Source: Gammaproteobacteria bacterium
GTDB lineage: Bacteria > Pseudomonadota > Gammaproteobacteria > UBA9214
DNA: 26,783 nt
Direction: 5' to 3'
Assembly: GCA_003454335.1 (NCBI GenBank)
Contig: DMKK01000244.1
Coordinates: forward strand, 5,030 to 31,812
Below the pieces are notes generated by a model, which was not told the DNA's origin, ran no database searches, and saw only the letters and a program-made list of their open reading frames with translations. Shown piece by piece: positions 7,814 through 15,692 of the stretch. Both the position numbers and the translations under genes were made by a program. Position 1 is the stretch's first letter, and the number at the start of each line of letters is the position of its first letter.

Positions 7814-9121
7814 TTAATCCGCCTCCATTGCAGCAATACTGGATCGGGTGCCGGCGTATAGCAGTGCCGCATTGATCATCAGGAATGCCAGCCAGCCAAA
7901 GTCCAGCAACAATGCCAGCCCGGCAATGCCCGTCAGCGGGCCGTATATGACCGCACCCAGCATGGCCGCAATGGCCACCACGTGGATTCGCAACAACCAT
8001 AGCGACCGGGCCGGGCTGATAAAACCATGCATATTGGGCAGGCTCCTGATCGCCCTGATATTGGCCGAACAGTGTCGCTGCAGATGAAGAAAGGCAAGAA
8101 ATGGCACTATCTTCTGCAACATCCCCATGATAATGGAGCAAGCAAACCCGAGGACCATCAACACGCCCGCCAGCAACACCCCCCTTGCAGGGCTCACGAC
8201 TGAACCGGCAATGTCCGGCAACAGGAAAACCAGCCAGAACAGCAACACCGCAAGGATCAGGCAGGACAATCCCAACTGCCAGAAACGCACAGATACATCC
8301 ATCAACCTGCGTTTTCTGTGTTGTAACAAACGCAGGCTGAACCCGGCATAAACCAGCACCGCCACACCAATAACGATAACCAGCCCGGCTACCGCCACAG
8401 GCGTCTGCAGCAACGCGAGCAGCAGCAACCCCGTAAAGATCACCAGTGGTATAAACCGGGTCAACCTGGACGGGTAGTCGGGTGTGACCTGAAACATCGG
8501 TATAACCTGAAAGCTGATACCCATGATCAGGATCAGAACCCAACCGAGCAAAGCCCAGCTGACATGGAGCATTGTCAGGCTCAATGGGGATTCAAGCGGG
8601 TAGAGATAAGTCAGGGCACGGTAACAACCCAGGCCGATGGTGACCAGCAAGGCGGCGATTGCCAGCCGCATGGCATGGATACTGTCACCACCGGCGATGT
8701 TCGTGACGAGTTTGCTGCCAATGGCAACAATAAATCCGGCCAGGGCCATGGCCAGCAAGACAACGGCAACACCCAGCAGGAAATACTCACGAAACACAAA
8801 GCCTGCAGACAGACACAATACAGCGGCAACCATCAACAGATGCACAGCGAACGCAAGCGGAGTGCCGCCAGGGACTCGTTCACCACTGAGTACCGGCAAC
8901 AACTGGAACAGTGCCCCCAGCATGGTCATCGTCATAAAACCCAGCGTGAGCAGATGCGTCAGCGCTATTAACGCCGGATTCCAGTGGCTCGTCCACAGCT
9001 CCGAACCGCTGAACAGCAGCACCATTGCCGCCAGCATGCCGAAGCACGGTGCCGTCAGAAAAAACCGCAAGGGGATATGAATGGGTGGCAAGCTGTCCAG
9101 AGTAAGACCGGACATACGCAT
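7814..9121 (-). CDS. Polytopic membrane protein, NnrS-like/His-containing, associated with DUF2249
   Basis: About 12 TM; intramembrane His motifs (ALTHLLTLGF, MLHVSWALLGW..MG+SFQVIPMF, LQKIVPFL..LHL); TAATG overlap with the upstream gene. Confidence 0.75.
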   Translation of the reverse strand: MRMSGLTLDSLPPIHIPLRFFLTAPCFGMLAAMVLLFSGSELWTSHWNPALIALTHLLTLGFMTMTMLGALFQLLPVLSGERVPGGTPLAFAVHLLMVAAVLCLSAGFVFREYFLLGVAVVLLAMALAGFIVAIGSKLVTNIAGGDSIHAMRLAIAALLVTIGLGCYRALTYLYPLESPLSLTMLHVSWALLGWVLILIMGISFQVIPMFQVTPDYPSRLTRFIPLVIFTGLLLLALLQTPVAVAGLVIVIGVAVLVYAGFSLRLLQHRKRRLMDVSVRFWQLGLSCLILAVLLFWLVFLLPDIAGSVVSPARGVLLAGVLMVLGFACSIIMGMLQKIVPFLAFLHLQRHCSANIRAIRSLPNMHGFISPARSLWLLRIHVVAIAAMLGAVIYGPLTGIAGLALLLDFGWLAFLMINAALLYAGTRSSIAAMEAD

Positions 9122-9384
9122 TACGGGGCACCCCTGAACAAACGACTGATCATGTCCGTGTCCTGTTTATGCCAGATCAGAATATCGTATTTGGCGGTCT
9201 CGCCAGGCTGTGCCCGGTATTCAAGCTTGCGCTCATTGCAATAATCAAACAGGGGATAGGGAATCATCCGGTGTGCCATGCGCAGATACTCACCCGGCCG
9301 CAGCTCTGCAAGCAGCGACAGCGCCTGCACAAAAGGCATGGGTGCCGCCATCTCACTGGCATCGAGAAATTTTTCATCCAGCAT
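9121..9384 (-). CDS. DUF2249 / TusA-like small protein
   Basis: LDASEMAAPMPF..AL..L..L.PGEYL.M.H...PYPL pattern; GGAGA RBS before GTG/ATG; start trimmed from ORF 9474 to 9384. Confidence 0.75.
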   Translation of the reverse strand: MLDEKFLDASEMAAPMPFVQALSLLAELRPGEYLRMAHRMIPYPLFDYCNERKLEYRAQPGETAKYDILIWHKQDTDMISRLFRGAP

Positions 9385-9430
9385 CACGGTTTCTCCGTAT
9401 TTATCGTGAGCTTCCGTATACCGAAAATTG

Positions 9431-9862
9431 CTACTCCAGTTGCAGTTTCCCGACATAGTCAGCCGCATTGACAATTGACTCGTCCATCATCGGGTAAAGA
9501 ATCTGCTCTTCCTTTATATTGTGCTGCTGTATCAGCAGCATCAGCGTCTCGGCAAGTCCGAGAAACACCTGCTGATCCCGGGCTGCAAGTGCAGTGTGTA
9601 TCTGTTCCACCAGGATGCGTATTTGATCATGCTCCATGCGCATCATCTGTGTCGGCCCTGCCGGTCCGTTGACCTCTTCAAACGCGGGGAACAGCAACTT
9701 TTCCTCAAGCACGGTAATATGCTGATCCAGTACTCTGGAAAACTTGCGCCACGCATCTTTCGCACCGGGCCAGTCCGCATCGGCAACAGCCGCCTCGGCA
9801 CTGGCGAAATACCTGTCGCAGGTACGGTGACCTGCCGTCATCACTTCATCAATAGTTGTCAT
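9431..9862 (-). CDS. Hemerythrin-like HHE cation-binding domain protein
   Basis: H..CD, H....EE..LFP, GPT.MMR.EH, QHN.KEEQ+LYPM motifs; ATG 9862 after GAGAG (9880 is an alternative). Confidence 0.9.
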   Translation of the reverse strand: MTTIDEVMTAGHRTCDRYFASAEAAVADADWPGAKDAWRKFSRVLDQHITVLEEKLLFPAFEEVNGPAGPTQMMRMEHDQIRILVEQIHTALAARDQQVFLGLAETLMLLIQQHNIKEEQILYPMMDESIVNAADYVGKLQLE

Positions 9863-9913
9863 TTGGCTCTCTTTTGTCATAACGCACTCTGACAAACCCC
9901 CGGTGCACTCACA

Positions 9914-9927
9914 TTGACCTGTGTTAA
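9914..9927. promoter_or_regulatory. FNR/DNR-like box (degenerate)
   Basis: TTGAC-CTGT-GTTAA versus consensus TTGAT-N4-ATCAA, in the divergent intergenic region between the HHE gene and the Crp/Fnr gene. Confidence 0.6.
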
Positions 9928-9984
9928 ACAGTATTTCTACGGACTACAGATGCAGTTTTCTGCCAGATTGCGTAAGCTGTGGCC

Positions 9985-10662
9985 ATGAGCACAAACAAGA
10001 TCATGCCCGATGAGCTGCGCCGACATCCCCTGTTTGGAGGACTGGATAATGACCAGCTCGCACAACTGATGGAAACCGCGCGGGTTATCCAGCTTGATGA
10101 GGGCCAGCAACTGTTTCAGTGCCAGCAGGAGGCCAGACAGTTTTTCATGGTACGCAGTGGCACCATCCGACTGTTCCTGTCGGCACCGGACGGTGCTGAA
10201 AAGGTGATCCACCTGATCGCTGCCGGTGAAACCTTTGCCGAGGCCATCACCTTTATGGAGGGCCAGATCTATCCCGTCAACGCCAGCGCCCTGGATGCCT
10301 GTGAGGTACTGGCCTTTTCCAACAAGGCCTACCGCACCATCTTGCACAGTTCAACCGACACCTGCTTCAGGCTGATGGCAGACATGAGCAAGTGGCTAAA
10401 GCGACAGATCACCGACATCGATGCGCTGACACTGCAAAACGCCACACTGCGCTTTACCAACTACCTGCTCCACCAGGTGCCGGCAGGTACCGAACACGAA
10501 GTTGCCATCACGCTCGGTGCGCCCAAGAATGTCATTGCTTCACGCCTCTCCATCCAGCCCGAATCCTTCTCCCGCATCCTGCGCAACCTGCAGAGCGAGG
10601 GGCATATCACGGTTGACGGTAACGTGATTTATATCAAGGACATCAATACCCTGGGTCAATAA
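9985..10662 (+). CDS. Crp/Fnr-family transcriptional regulator, Dnr-like (no N-terminal Fe-S Cys cluster)
   Basis: cNMP-like domain (GETFAEAITF..YPVNASAL), HTH with IASRLSIQPESFSRIL (E..SR recognises TTGAT boxes); lacks the FNR Cys motif. Confidence 0.88.
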   Translation: MSTNKIMPDELRRHPLFGGLDNDQLAQLMETARVIQLDEGQQLFQCQQEARQFFMVRSGTIRLFLSAPDGAEKVIHLIAAGETFAEAITFMEGQIYPVNASALDACEVLAFSNKAYRTILHSSTDTCFRLMADMSKWLKRQITDIDALTLQNATLRFTNYLLHQVPAGTEHEVAITLGAPKNVIASRLSIQPESFSRILRNLQSEGHITVDGNVIYIKDINTLGQ

Positions 10663-10683
10663 ACCGGTAACACAGGCGTTTAT

Positions 10684-10697
10684 TTGATATGGATCAA
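10684..10697. promoter_or_regulatory. Perfect FNR/DNR box
   Basis: TTGAT-ATGG-ATCAA; TATAAG -10 at 10720-10725 gives class II (-41.5) geometry. Confidence 0.85.
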
Positions 10698-10731
10698 AGA
10701 CAATCAGGGCGGCTGCACTTATAAGTGTCAA

Positions 10732-11388
10732 ATGAACACGCCTATTGTCCGGCAACCACCCGGCTGCCAGCATCCTGACTGGAAAGACCACTGGGAAAGC
10801 ATCTATGCAGAGAAAAATCCTGCCGAGGTCAGCTGGTACCAGTCACACCCGCAACATTCACTCTCCCTGATTGGTGATACCGGCATAGGTACCACGGCCA
10901 GCATTATCGATGTGGGTGGCGGAGCCTCCACCCTGGTCGATCACCTGCTGATGGAAGGCTACCGTGACATCACAGTACTCGACATTGCCCGCTCGGCCAT
11001 CGAACAGGCCGAGAATCGGCTGGGCGACCGGAGCCAGCAGGTGACCTGGGTCGAGAGCGACGTCACCAGCTACGCACCCGGGCAGACTTTTGACATCTGG
11101 CATGACCGCGCGGTATTCCATTTCCTGACCCTTGAGCACGACCGGGAGTGCTACCTGAAAACACTGAACAAGGCCCTGAAACCGGGTGGCCATGTCATCA
11201 TCGCCACTTTCTCAGACAGCGGTCCCAACCAGTGCAGCGGTCTGGATGTTGTGCGTTACAGCCCCGAGGCACTCAGTCAGGCGCTGGGGCCAACATTACG
11301 CCTGGCCGAGATACTCACAGAAAATCACCACCCCCCCAGTGGCGGCCTGCAGCAGTTTGTCTATTGCAGATTCAGCCGTAACGCCTGA
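10732..11388 (+). CDS. Class I SAM-dependent methyltransferase
   Basis: HWE.+Y..K....VSWYQ, IIDVGGGAS, D+WHDRAVFHFL, L.PGGH+IIATF motifs; the ORF's TTG start (10684) lies in the FNR box, so ATG 10732 is preferred. Confidence 0.9.
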   Translation: MNTPIVRQPPGCQHPDWKDHWESIYAEKNPAEVSWYQSHPQHSLSLIGDTGIGTTASIIDVGGGASTLVDHLLMEGYRDITVLDIARSAIEQAENRLGDRSQQVTWVESDVTSYAPGQTFDIWHDRAVFHFLTLEHDRECYLKTLNKALKPGGHVIIATFSDSGPNQCSGLDVVRYSPEALSQALGPTLRLAEILTENHHPPSGGLQQFVYCRFSRNA

Positions 11389-11418
11389 ACCTGTAAACGA
11401 CAATCACAAAGGCATCCA

Positions 11419-11820
11419 ATGAATCTTCTGAATATTGTCTCCGTGGCAGCAATGCTCCTGCTTGGCCTGCTGCTGGTTATCTTTATGGTGCTGCTGTCGG
11501 TGGCTATTGTTTTTAACACCCGCACCGGCATGAAGTACCGACAGGGACTGGCGAAGCAACTTGACCGGCTCCGGCTCGGCAAAATGCTCACGGCACTGGG
11601 CATTGATACGGACAGCTACCTGTCCATTGAACGCGCAACCGACATACGGAAACAAATGGAGCGCTGTACTGCCTGCACCAATACCGGGGAATGTGACTCA
11701 CGGCTGGCCGAAGGGGCCGTGGATGCGGACAGTATCGACTACTGCAACAATGAGGCGTCGCTGCAGAAATTCGCCGAACGACTCAAAGACCAGGAGCCTG
11801 TCGAACTCAGGCAATCGTAG
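11419..11820 (+). CDS. Membrane-anchored Cys-rich protein (DUF6455-like)
   Basis: N-terminal TM; M...LG+D, RCTACTNTGEC and YCNN motifs. Confidence 0.65.
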   Translation: MNLLNIVSVAAMLLLGLLLVIFMVLLSVAIVFNTRTGMKYRQGLAKQLDRLRLGKMLTALGIDTDSYLSIERATDIRKQMERCTACTNTGECDSRLAEGAVDADSIDYCNNEASLQKFAERLKDQEPVELRQS

Positions 11821-11902
11821 CGCATGCGAGTACAGACTGCCCTGCGGTCAAGTGCAGACGCCGGAAAACCCATTCACAATACGCGGCATTCGCGACTTCT
11901 TT

Positions 11903-11935
11903 CTTAAGAAAACCTTAAGCTTTCATTGATAGCAT
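11903..11935 (+). promoter_or_regulatory. PmrA/QseB-type (OmpR-family) direct-repeat box plus -10
   Basis: CTTAAG-AAAAC-CTTAAG (11903-11919), 10 nt, TAGCAT (11930-11935). Confidence 0.6.
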
Positions 11936-11940
11936 CTGCG

Positions 11941-12044
11941 ATGACGGCCTTCATTAATTCATTGGCCGTTGTCTTTAGCGGAGACTTTCGAGTCACCGAG
12001 CGGCGGTTCCCTTCCCACTCCCATTCGGGGCCGCCGTTTTTTTT
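11941..12044 (+). ncRNA. Candidate small RNA with three hairpins and an intrinsic terminator
   Basis: Stem 11941-49/11964-72; CGGAGACT-TTCG-AGTCACCG; stem 12001-10/12027-36 followed by T8; promoter immediately upstream. Confidence 0.55.
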
Positions 12045-12105
12045 ATGGTGTTATGAACTTCCCCTGGCCGGTCCTTTAACTGCAACTGACCGGCACCCCC
12101 CCCCA

Positions 12106-12131
12106 TTAAAACGGCGACCTGAAAGCCGCCG
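12106..12131 (-). terminator. Rho-independent terminator for the 12170-12628 gene
   Basis: Minus strand CGGCGGC-TTTCAG-GTCGCCG-TTTT. Confidence 0.55.
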
Positions 12132-12169
12132 ACATGTTTTAAATCTTTTAAGCCTTGTTTAAAGCTTCG

Positions 12170-12628
12170 TCAATCCTGACCGCCGCCATTATTTATCATA
12201 GTCCATGCAGACCTTGTGCTCAGCGGGCCATTCGGATCCATACTGCAAAGAACGCTTTCATGAGCATCCTTGTCTGTAAAAAATTCAATATGGACCGTTT
12301 CGCCAGGTGGAACTACTACCTCACTCAATACACTGTTAGTGCCAGTCACAATACCTTCGGAATCATAGTTCCAGACAACCAGTTTATTAGGTGCAACAGT
12401 AGCCCGGGAATTGTTTGTAAAAAGGCAATCAGTCGTCCCCGAAGGGGCGGTCTTAACGTTACATCGCTTGATTGTATGTTTCTCACAATGATACAAATTC
12501 TCTGGGCCACTGCTACCAAATTGAGTTCCAATGTATGGAAGTGCGAGGGTAGCCAATACTGCAACGGCGGCAACGCTTATAATAGCTCCGGTCAGGTTTG
12601 ATGTGGTATTTTCTGATCCACCCCACAT
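12170..12628 (-). CDS. Membrane-anchored hypothetical protein, FxLYD-like Ig fold
   Basis: GGGAGG RBS; N-terminal TM; N....+..+.V..YD.EG.V.G......+.PGET..+.F pattern. Confidence 0.6.
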   Translation of the reverse strand: MWGGSENTTSNLTGAIISVAAVAVLATLALPYIGTQFGSSGPENLYHCEKHTIKRCNVKTAPSGTTDCLFTNNSRATVAPNKLVVWNYDSEGIVTGTNSVLSEVVVPPGETVHIEFFTDKDAHESVLCSMDPNGPLSTRSAWTMINNGGGQD

Positions 12629-12849
12629 TTTGTGGCCTCCCTGGTCACTTGTCTATGTCACTTATTGTAAAAAATATCACCCAAGAAACTCCCAAACTAT
12701 CAAAGCCGCAATAAAGTAGATATAAGGGGAACCCCTTAGGCCGCAACTCAAACCGGGTATTACAGTGGACGGGCAGGACAGAACAGGGAAGTTAAGGTAT
12801 CACGACAGCCTTCACAAAAAACGCCTGAAAAAAATACTTCATAAATATA

Positions 12850-12896
12850 TTTCTACATGTTGTGATATATATCTTTTTAATTTCTATATATTGTGA
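12850..12896. promoter_or_regulatory. Tandem NrdR-box-like sites
   Basis: TTTCTACATGTTGTGA (12850-65) and TTTCTATATATTGTGA (12881-96), 31 bp apart, versus consensus acaCwAtATaTwGtgt. Confidence 0.55.
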
Positions 12897-13016
12897 TATA
12901 TACATTTTCAGCGCATGTATGCGCTGCCAATAAATGACCGATGCCGACTGGCGAGAGTCAGCTGGTAAATGGATGCAATACGATCAGACTCAAAACTATC
13001 TTTCAGGGGGATAAGC

Positions 13017-13496
13017 ATGAAAATCATCAGGATACTGGTCTTGCCGCTCTTACTGACAATGCATGGGCTGGCGTCGGGCGGAATCAATACGGGACATACA
13101 GCCTATAAACAGGGCGATTATGATACTGCACTGCGGGAATGGCGACCGCTAGCCGAACAGGGCAATGCCGGGGCACAACTTAACCTCGGCTTCATGTACG
13201 ACAATGGCTTTGGTGTCTCGCAGAACTATAATGAGGCGATAAAATGGTATCGCAAAGCGGCTGAACAGGGTAATGACCGCGCCCAATACAACCTCGGACT
13301 TATGTACGACAGTGGCGACGGTGTCCAGCAGGACTACGTACAGGCATATATGTGGTACAACATCGTTGCTGTAGACAGTGGCGACGGCGAGGCGATAGCA
13401 ATCAGTTATCGTGACTATGTGGCCCGGGAAATGACCCCCGACCAGGTTGCCAGGGCAGAGAAACTCTCCAGAGAATGGCGAGGCAAGCATCCTTAG
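13017..13496 (+). CDS. Sel1/TPR-like repeat secreted protein
   Basis: Signal peptide; AEQG.A.AQ.NLG.MY..G.GV.Q.Y.EA..WY.KAAEQG repeats; ATG 13017 after GGGGA. Confidence 0.92.
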   Translation: MKIIRILVLPLLLTMHGLASGGINTGHTAYKQGDYDTALREWRPLAEQGNAGAQLNLGFMYDNGFGVSQNYNEAIKWYRKAAEQGNDRAQYNLGLMYDSGDGVQQDYVQAYMWYNIVAVDSGDGEAIAISYRDYVAREMTPDQVARAEKLSREWRGKHP

Positions 13497-13596
13497 CGGC
13501 TATGACGACCAGAATTATTTTACTGACACTGTTACCCCAGCTTAAGCAGTCCTGTCGCTGACCGCCGCGCAAGAAACGAGAAGCAGGGACACTCAT

Positions 13597-13621
13597 AACC
13601 ACCCTTCGGGGTGGTTTTTTT
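13597..13621 (+). terminator. Rho-independent terminator
   Basis: AACCACCC-TTCG-GGGTGGTT followed by a T-run. Confidence 0.8.
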
Positions 13622-13692
13622 ATTTCCGGCATCCCGACGCAGAACCTCTGACTGGCACTGATAGTAAGTATATTCCCTTATGCCAAAATATC

Positions 13693-13905
13693 TTATACAC
13701 AACCCTTTACCAGAATTTTTTCTATCTTGTCAAACCATCCGACAGCAGCAAATCACAATCTTCTAATAACCTTAACTTACTGAATTACATTAGTATAATA
13801 ATGAAAATCAGATTCAATCAATTTACCCCTAACATTGAACAAATACAGGCCTAATGCACTTTACAACAAATAATCCACAGAGTTATCCACAACCTTTGTG
13901 GACAA
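13693..13905. promoter_or_regulatory. DnaA-box cluster
   Basis: TTATACACA (13693-701), TAATCCACA (13871-79), TTATCCACA (13883-91), inverted TGTGGACAA (13897-905); IHF-like site with 1 mismatch at 13773-85. Confidence 0.6.
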
Positions 13906-13960
13906 CTCGTTCCAGCACCGTAGCGTATTCATTTAACCCGAAAATATTCAGGTTTAACCT

Positions 13961-14698
13961 ATGAGCTCTTGTAGTGAAACGAATGTACAGGCGGAACTGA
14001 TAGCCCTGTATACAAAGCTGGCAAAACAGCCGGATTCCGACCTGGGCTGGAGCAAAGGCAAAGCCAATGCGCGGCAGTTAGGTTACTCCGGCATATGGCT
14101 GGACAGACTGCCAGACGTGGTGTGGGAATCATCTGCCGCAGTTGGCAACCCGTTCAAGCTCGGTGAAATAAACCCGGGACAGACGGTGCTTGATGTCGGC
14201 TGTGGAGCAGGTGCAGACGCCTGTGTCGCCGCTTTACATGTGGGTAGCACGGGCAAGGTTATTGGTATTGATTGCACCCCGGCAATGATTGACAAGGCAC
14301 GTAACAACGCCCGGCATGCGGCACTGAATAACATTGAGTTTCATGAGGCAGACATTAGTAATCTGCCCGTTGCTGATAACTCGGTTGACGTTGTTATCTC
14401 TAACGGTGCAATTAATCTTTCAGAAAATAAAGACAAGGTATTTCAGGAACTGTTTCGCGTCCTGACACCCGGGGGGCACCTGCAGATCGCTGACATGGTT
14501 CGTGAATCAGACGTCTGCAGCAACCCTGAACTGGATGAAGAATCATGGGCTGACTGCGTTCAGGGGACATTAGTGGCCGACAAGCTACTGGAAGTCATCA
14601 CCAACGCCGGATTTGCAGATGCGGTTCTCGTGGAACTAACCGGATACAAAACATCCAAAAATACGAATGGTGCTCTCATGCATGCATTACGCCCCTGA
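13961..14698 (+). CDS. ArsM-like class I SAM-dependent methyltransferase
   Basis: GNP..LGE+.PG.TVLD+GCGAG.D, PVADNSVDVVISNGAINL, RVL.PGG.L.IAD+V, SWADCVQG; ArsM fold but two ArsM Cys positions are substituted. Confidence 0.8.
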   Translation: MSSCSETNVQAELIALYTKLAKQPDSDLGWSKGKANARQLGYSGIWLDRLPDVVWESSAAVGNPFKLGEINPGQTVLDVGCGAGADACVAALHVGSTGKVIGIDCTPAMIDKARNNARHAALNNIEFHEADISNLPVADNSVDVVISNGAINLSENKDKVFQELFRVLTPGGHLQIADMVRESDVCSNPELDEESWADCVQGTLVADKLLEVITNAGFADAVLVELTGYKTSKNTNGALMHALRP

Positions 14699-15299
14699 AT
14701 CAGAACGTCTGTGGGATTTGGCCAAGGCAGCTGGACCAGACCGGCTGACTGCGTCACCTTACAGCGACAAAATGTTTCTGCTCCAATCAGCCAGATAACT
14801 CACCAGCAGGGTTAACCGTCGGGTAACGACGACAGATCAAACAGTCCCGTCCCACTGGAGGACGAATTCAAATCCCGCTATCACTCCAAACTGCATGATT
14901 TTCTCCGCCTTATGCAGAAAGGCACAGGTTTTGCTTCTGGTTTTCTCTCATGTTGCCAGGATGATAACGAGTCATGAATGCAGTTCTTTTTTCAACAGCA
15001 AGGAAACCGATCAACAGACAACTCTGCAGCGGTATCGGCGGGACCGGCAATCAGAAGGACCCAAGTACCGCGCCAGACCCGTCCTGCAATTTGGCCCGAA
15101 CATCCGGCCCGACCGGTCTGACCAGATGGGACCGCATCACCAGCCGCACTCAAAAACGTTACGAGCAGTGCGAACCAGCCAACTTTTCCTGCAAATCTGT
15201 GACGAATGCCTGTATCCAGCGTGTTTCCGTTCACAGATATCTTGTGGCCAGCCACCTAGGATAGAACCATCGAAACAGCAGGAAGTAACGGAGACAGAC

Positions 15300-15455
15300 A
15301 TGCACAAGTTGATTATTGTACTGATGGCGATTTTCTTCCTGGGTGACCCCAGCCTGCAGACACTGGCCTGGCTTGGCGAAATAAAGGTATATATGGTGGC
15401 TGCTGCTATCGCACTGGTTTCCATACCCTTTGTGATATCTCAACTTGACGGATGA
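15300..15455 (+). CDS. Small hydrophobic membrane protein (51 aa)
   Basis: GGAGA RBS, ATG 15300, two hydrophobic stretches, terminator downstream; corresponds to the C-terminus of ORF 14895-15455. Confidence 0.65.
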   Translation: MHKLIIVLMAIFFLGDPSLQTLAWLGEIKVYMVAAAIALVSIPFVISQLDG

Positions 15456-15497
15456 CCCGGCACGGCAGCAGCCCGACACTGCCCGTGTAAAACCCCT

Positions 15498-15524
15498 GCG
15501 GCGACCTTCGGGTCGTCGTTTTTA
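15498..15524 (+). terminator. Rho-independent terminator
   Basis: GCGGCGACC-TTCG-GGTCGTCGT followed by a T-run. Confidence 0.8.
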
Positions 15525-15591
15525 TTTTCATGAACAACGCCTCCCGATGATTGATCATTGATTTGAAAACTCTGCTGTTTATCCACCCCGC

Positions 15592-15624
15592 CTTAAGCCT
15601 GCCTTAAGAAAACCCCTGTAGTCT
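15592..15624 (+). promoter_or_regulatory. PmrA/QseB-type box plus extended -10
   Basis: CTTAAG-CCTGC-CTTAAG (15592-15608), 10 nt, TG-TAGTCT (15619-24). Confidence 0.6.
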
Positions 15625-15692
15625 GTTTCCTTGCCTGTATCGCAGGCCGTACAAAGCCGTCTGCCATTTAACCTACTCGAATGGAGCATTAA

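Noticed and set aside
11926-12162. 78-aa ORF over the sRNA candidate
   Set aside because: No RBS, crosses a strong hairpin-T8 terminator, no recognisable features
12147-12163. Fourth PmrA-like repeat TTTAAG-N5-TTTAAA
   Set aside because: No -10 at the 10-nt spacing on either strand, and it lies at the 3' end of a gene
13500-13960. Chromosomal oriC
   Set aside because: Few DnaA boxes, no GATC enrichment or 13-mer DUE repeats seen, and no dnaA, gidA/mnmG or parAB in the window
14810-14870. c-di-GMP-I riboswitch (GTGGGACG on the minus strand)
   Set aside because: Lacks the GCAAA...GAAA tetraloop arm and the GCAAAGCC continuation
14895-15299. N-terminal 135 codons of ORF 14895-15455 and ORFs 14974-15264 / 14992-15255
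   Set aside because: Composition is not protein-like and there is no RBS; only the ATG at 15300 has an SD and a coherent hydrophobic product
15548-15570. FNR or Fur box at ATGATTGATCATTGATTTG
   Set aside because: Only TTGAT half-sites without ATCAA at the right spacing; poor match to the 19-bp Fur box
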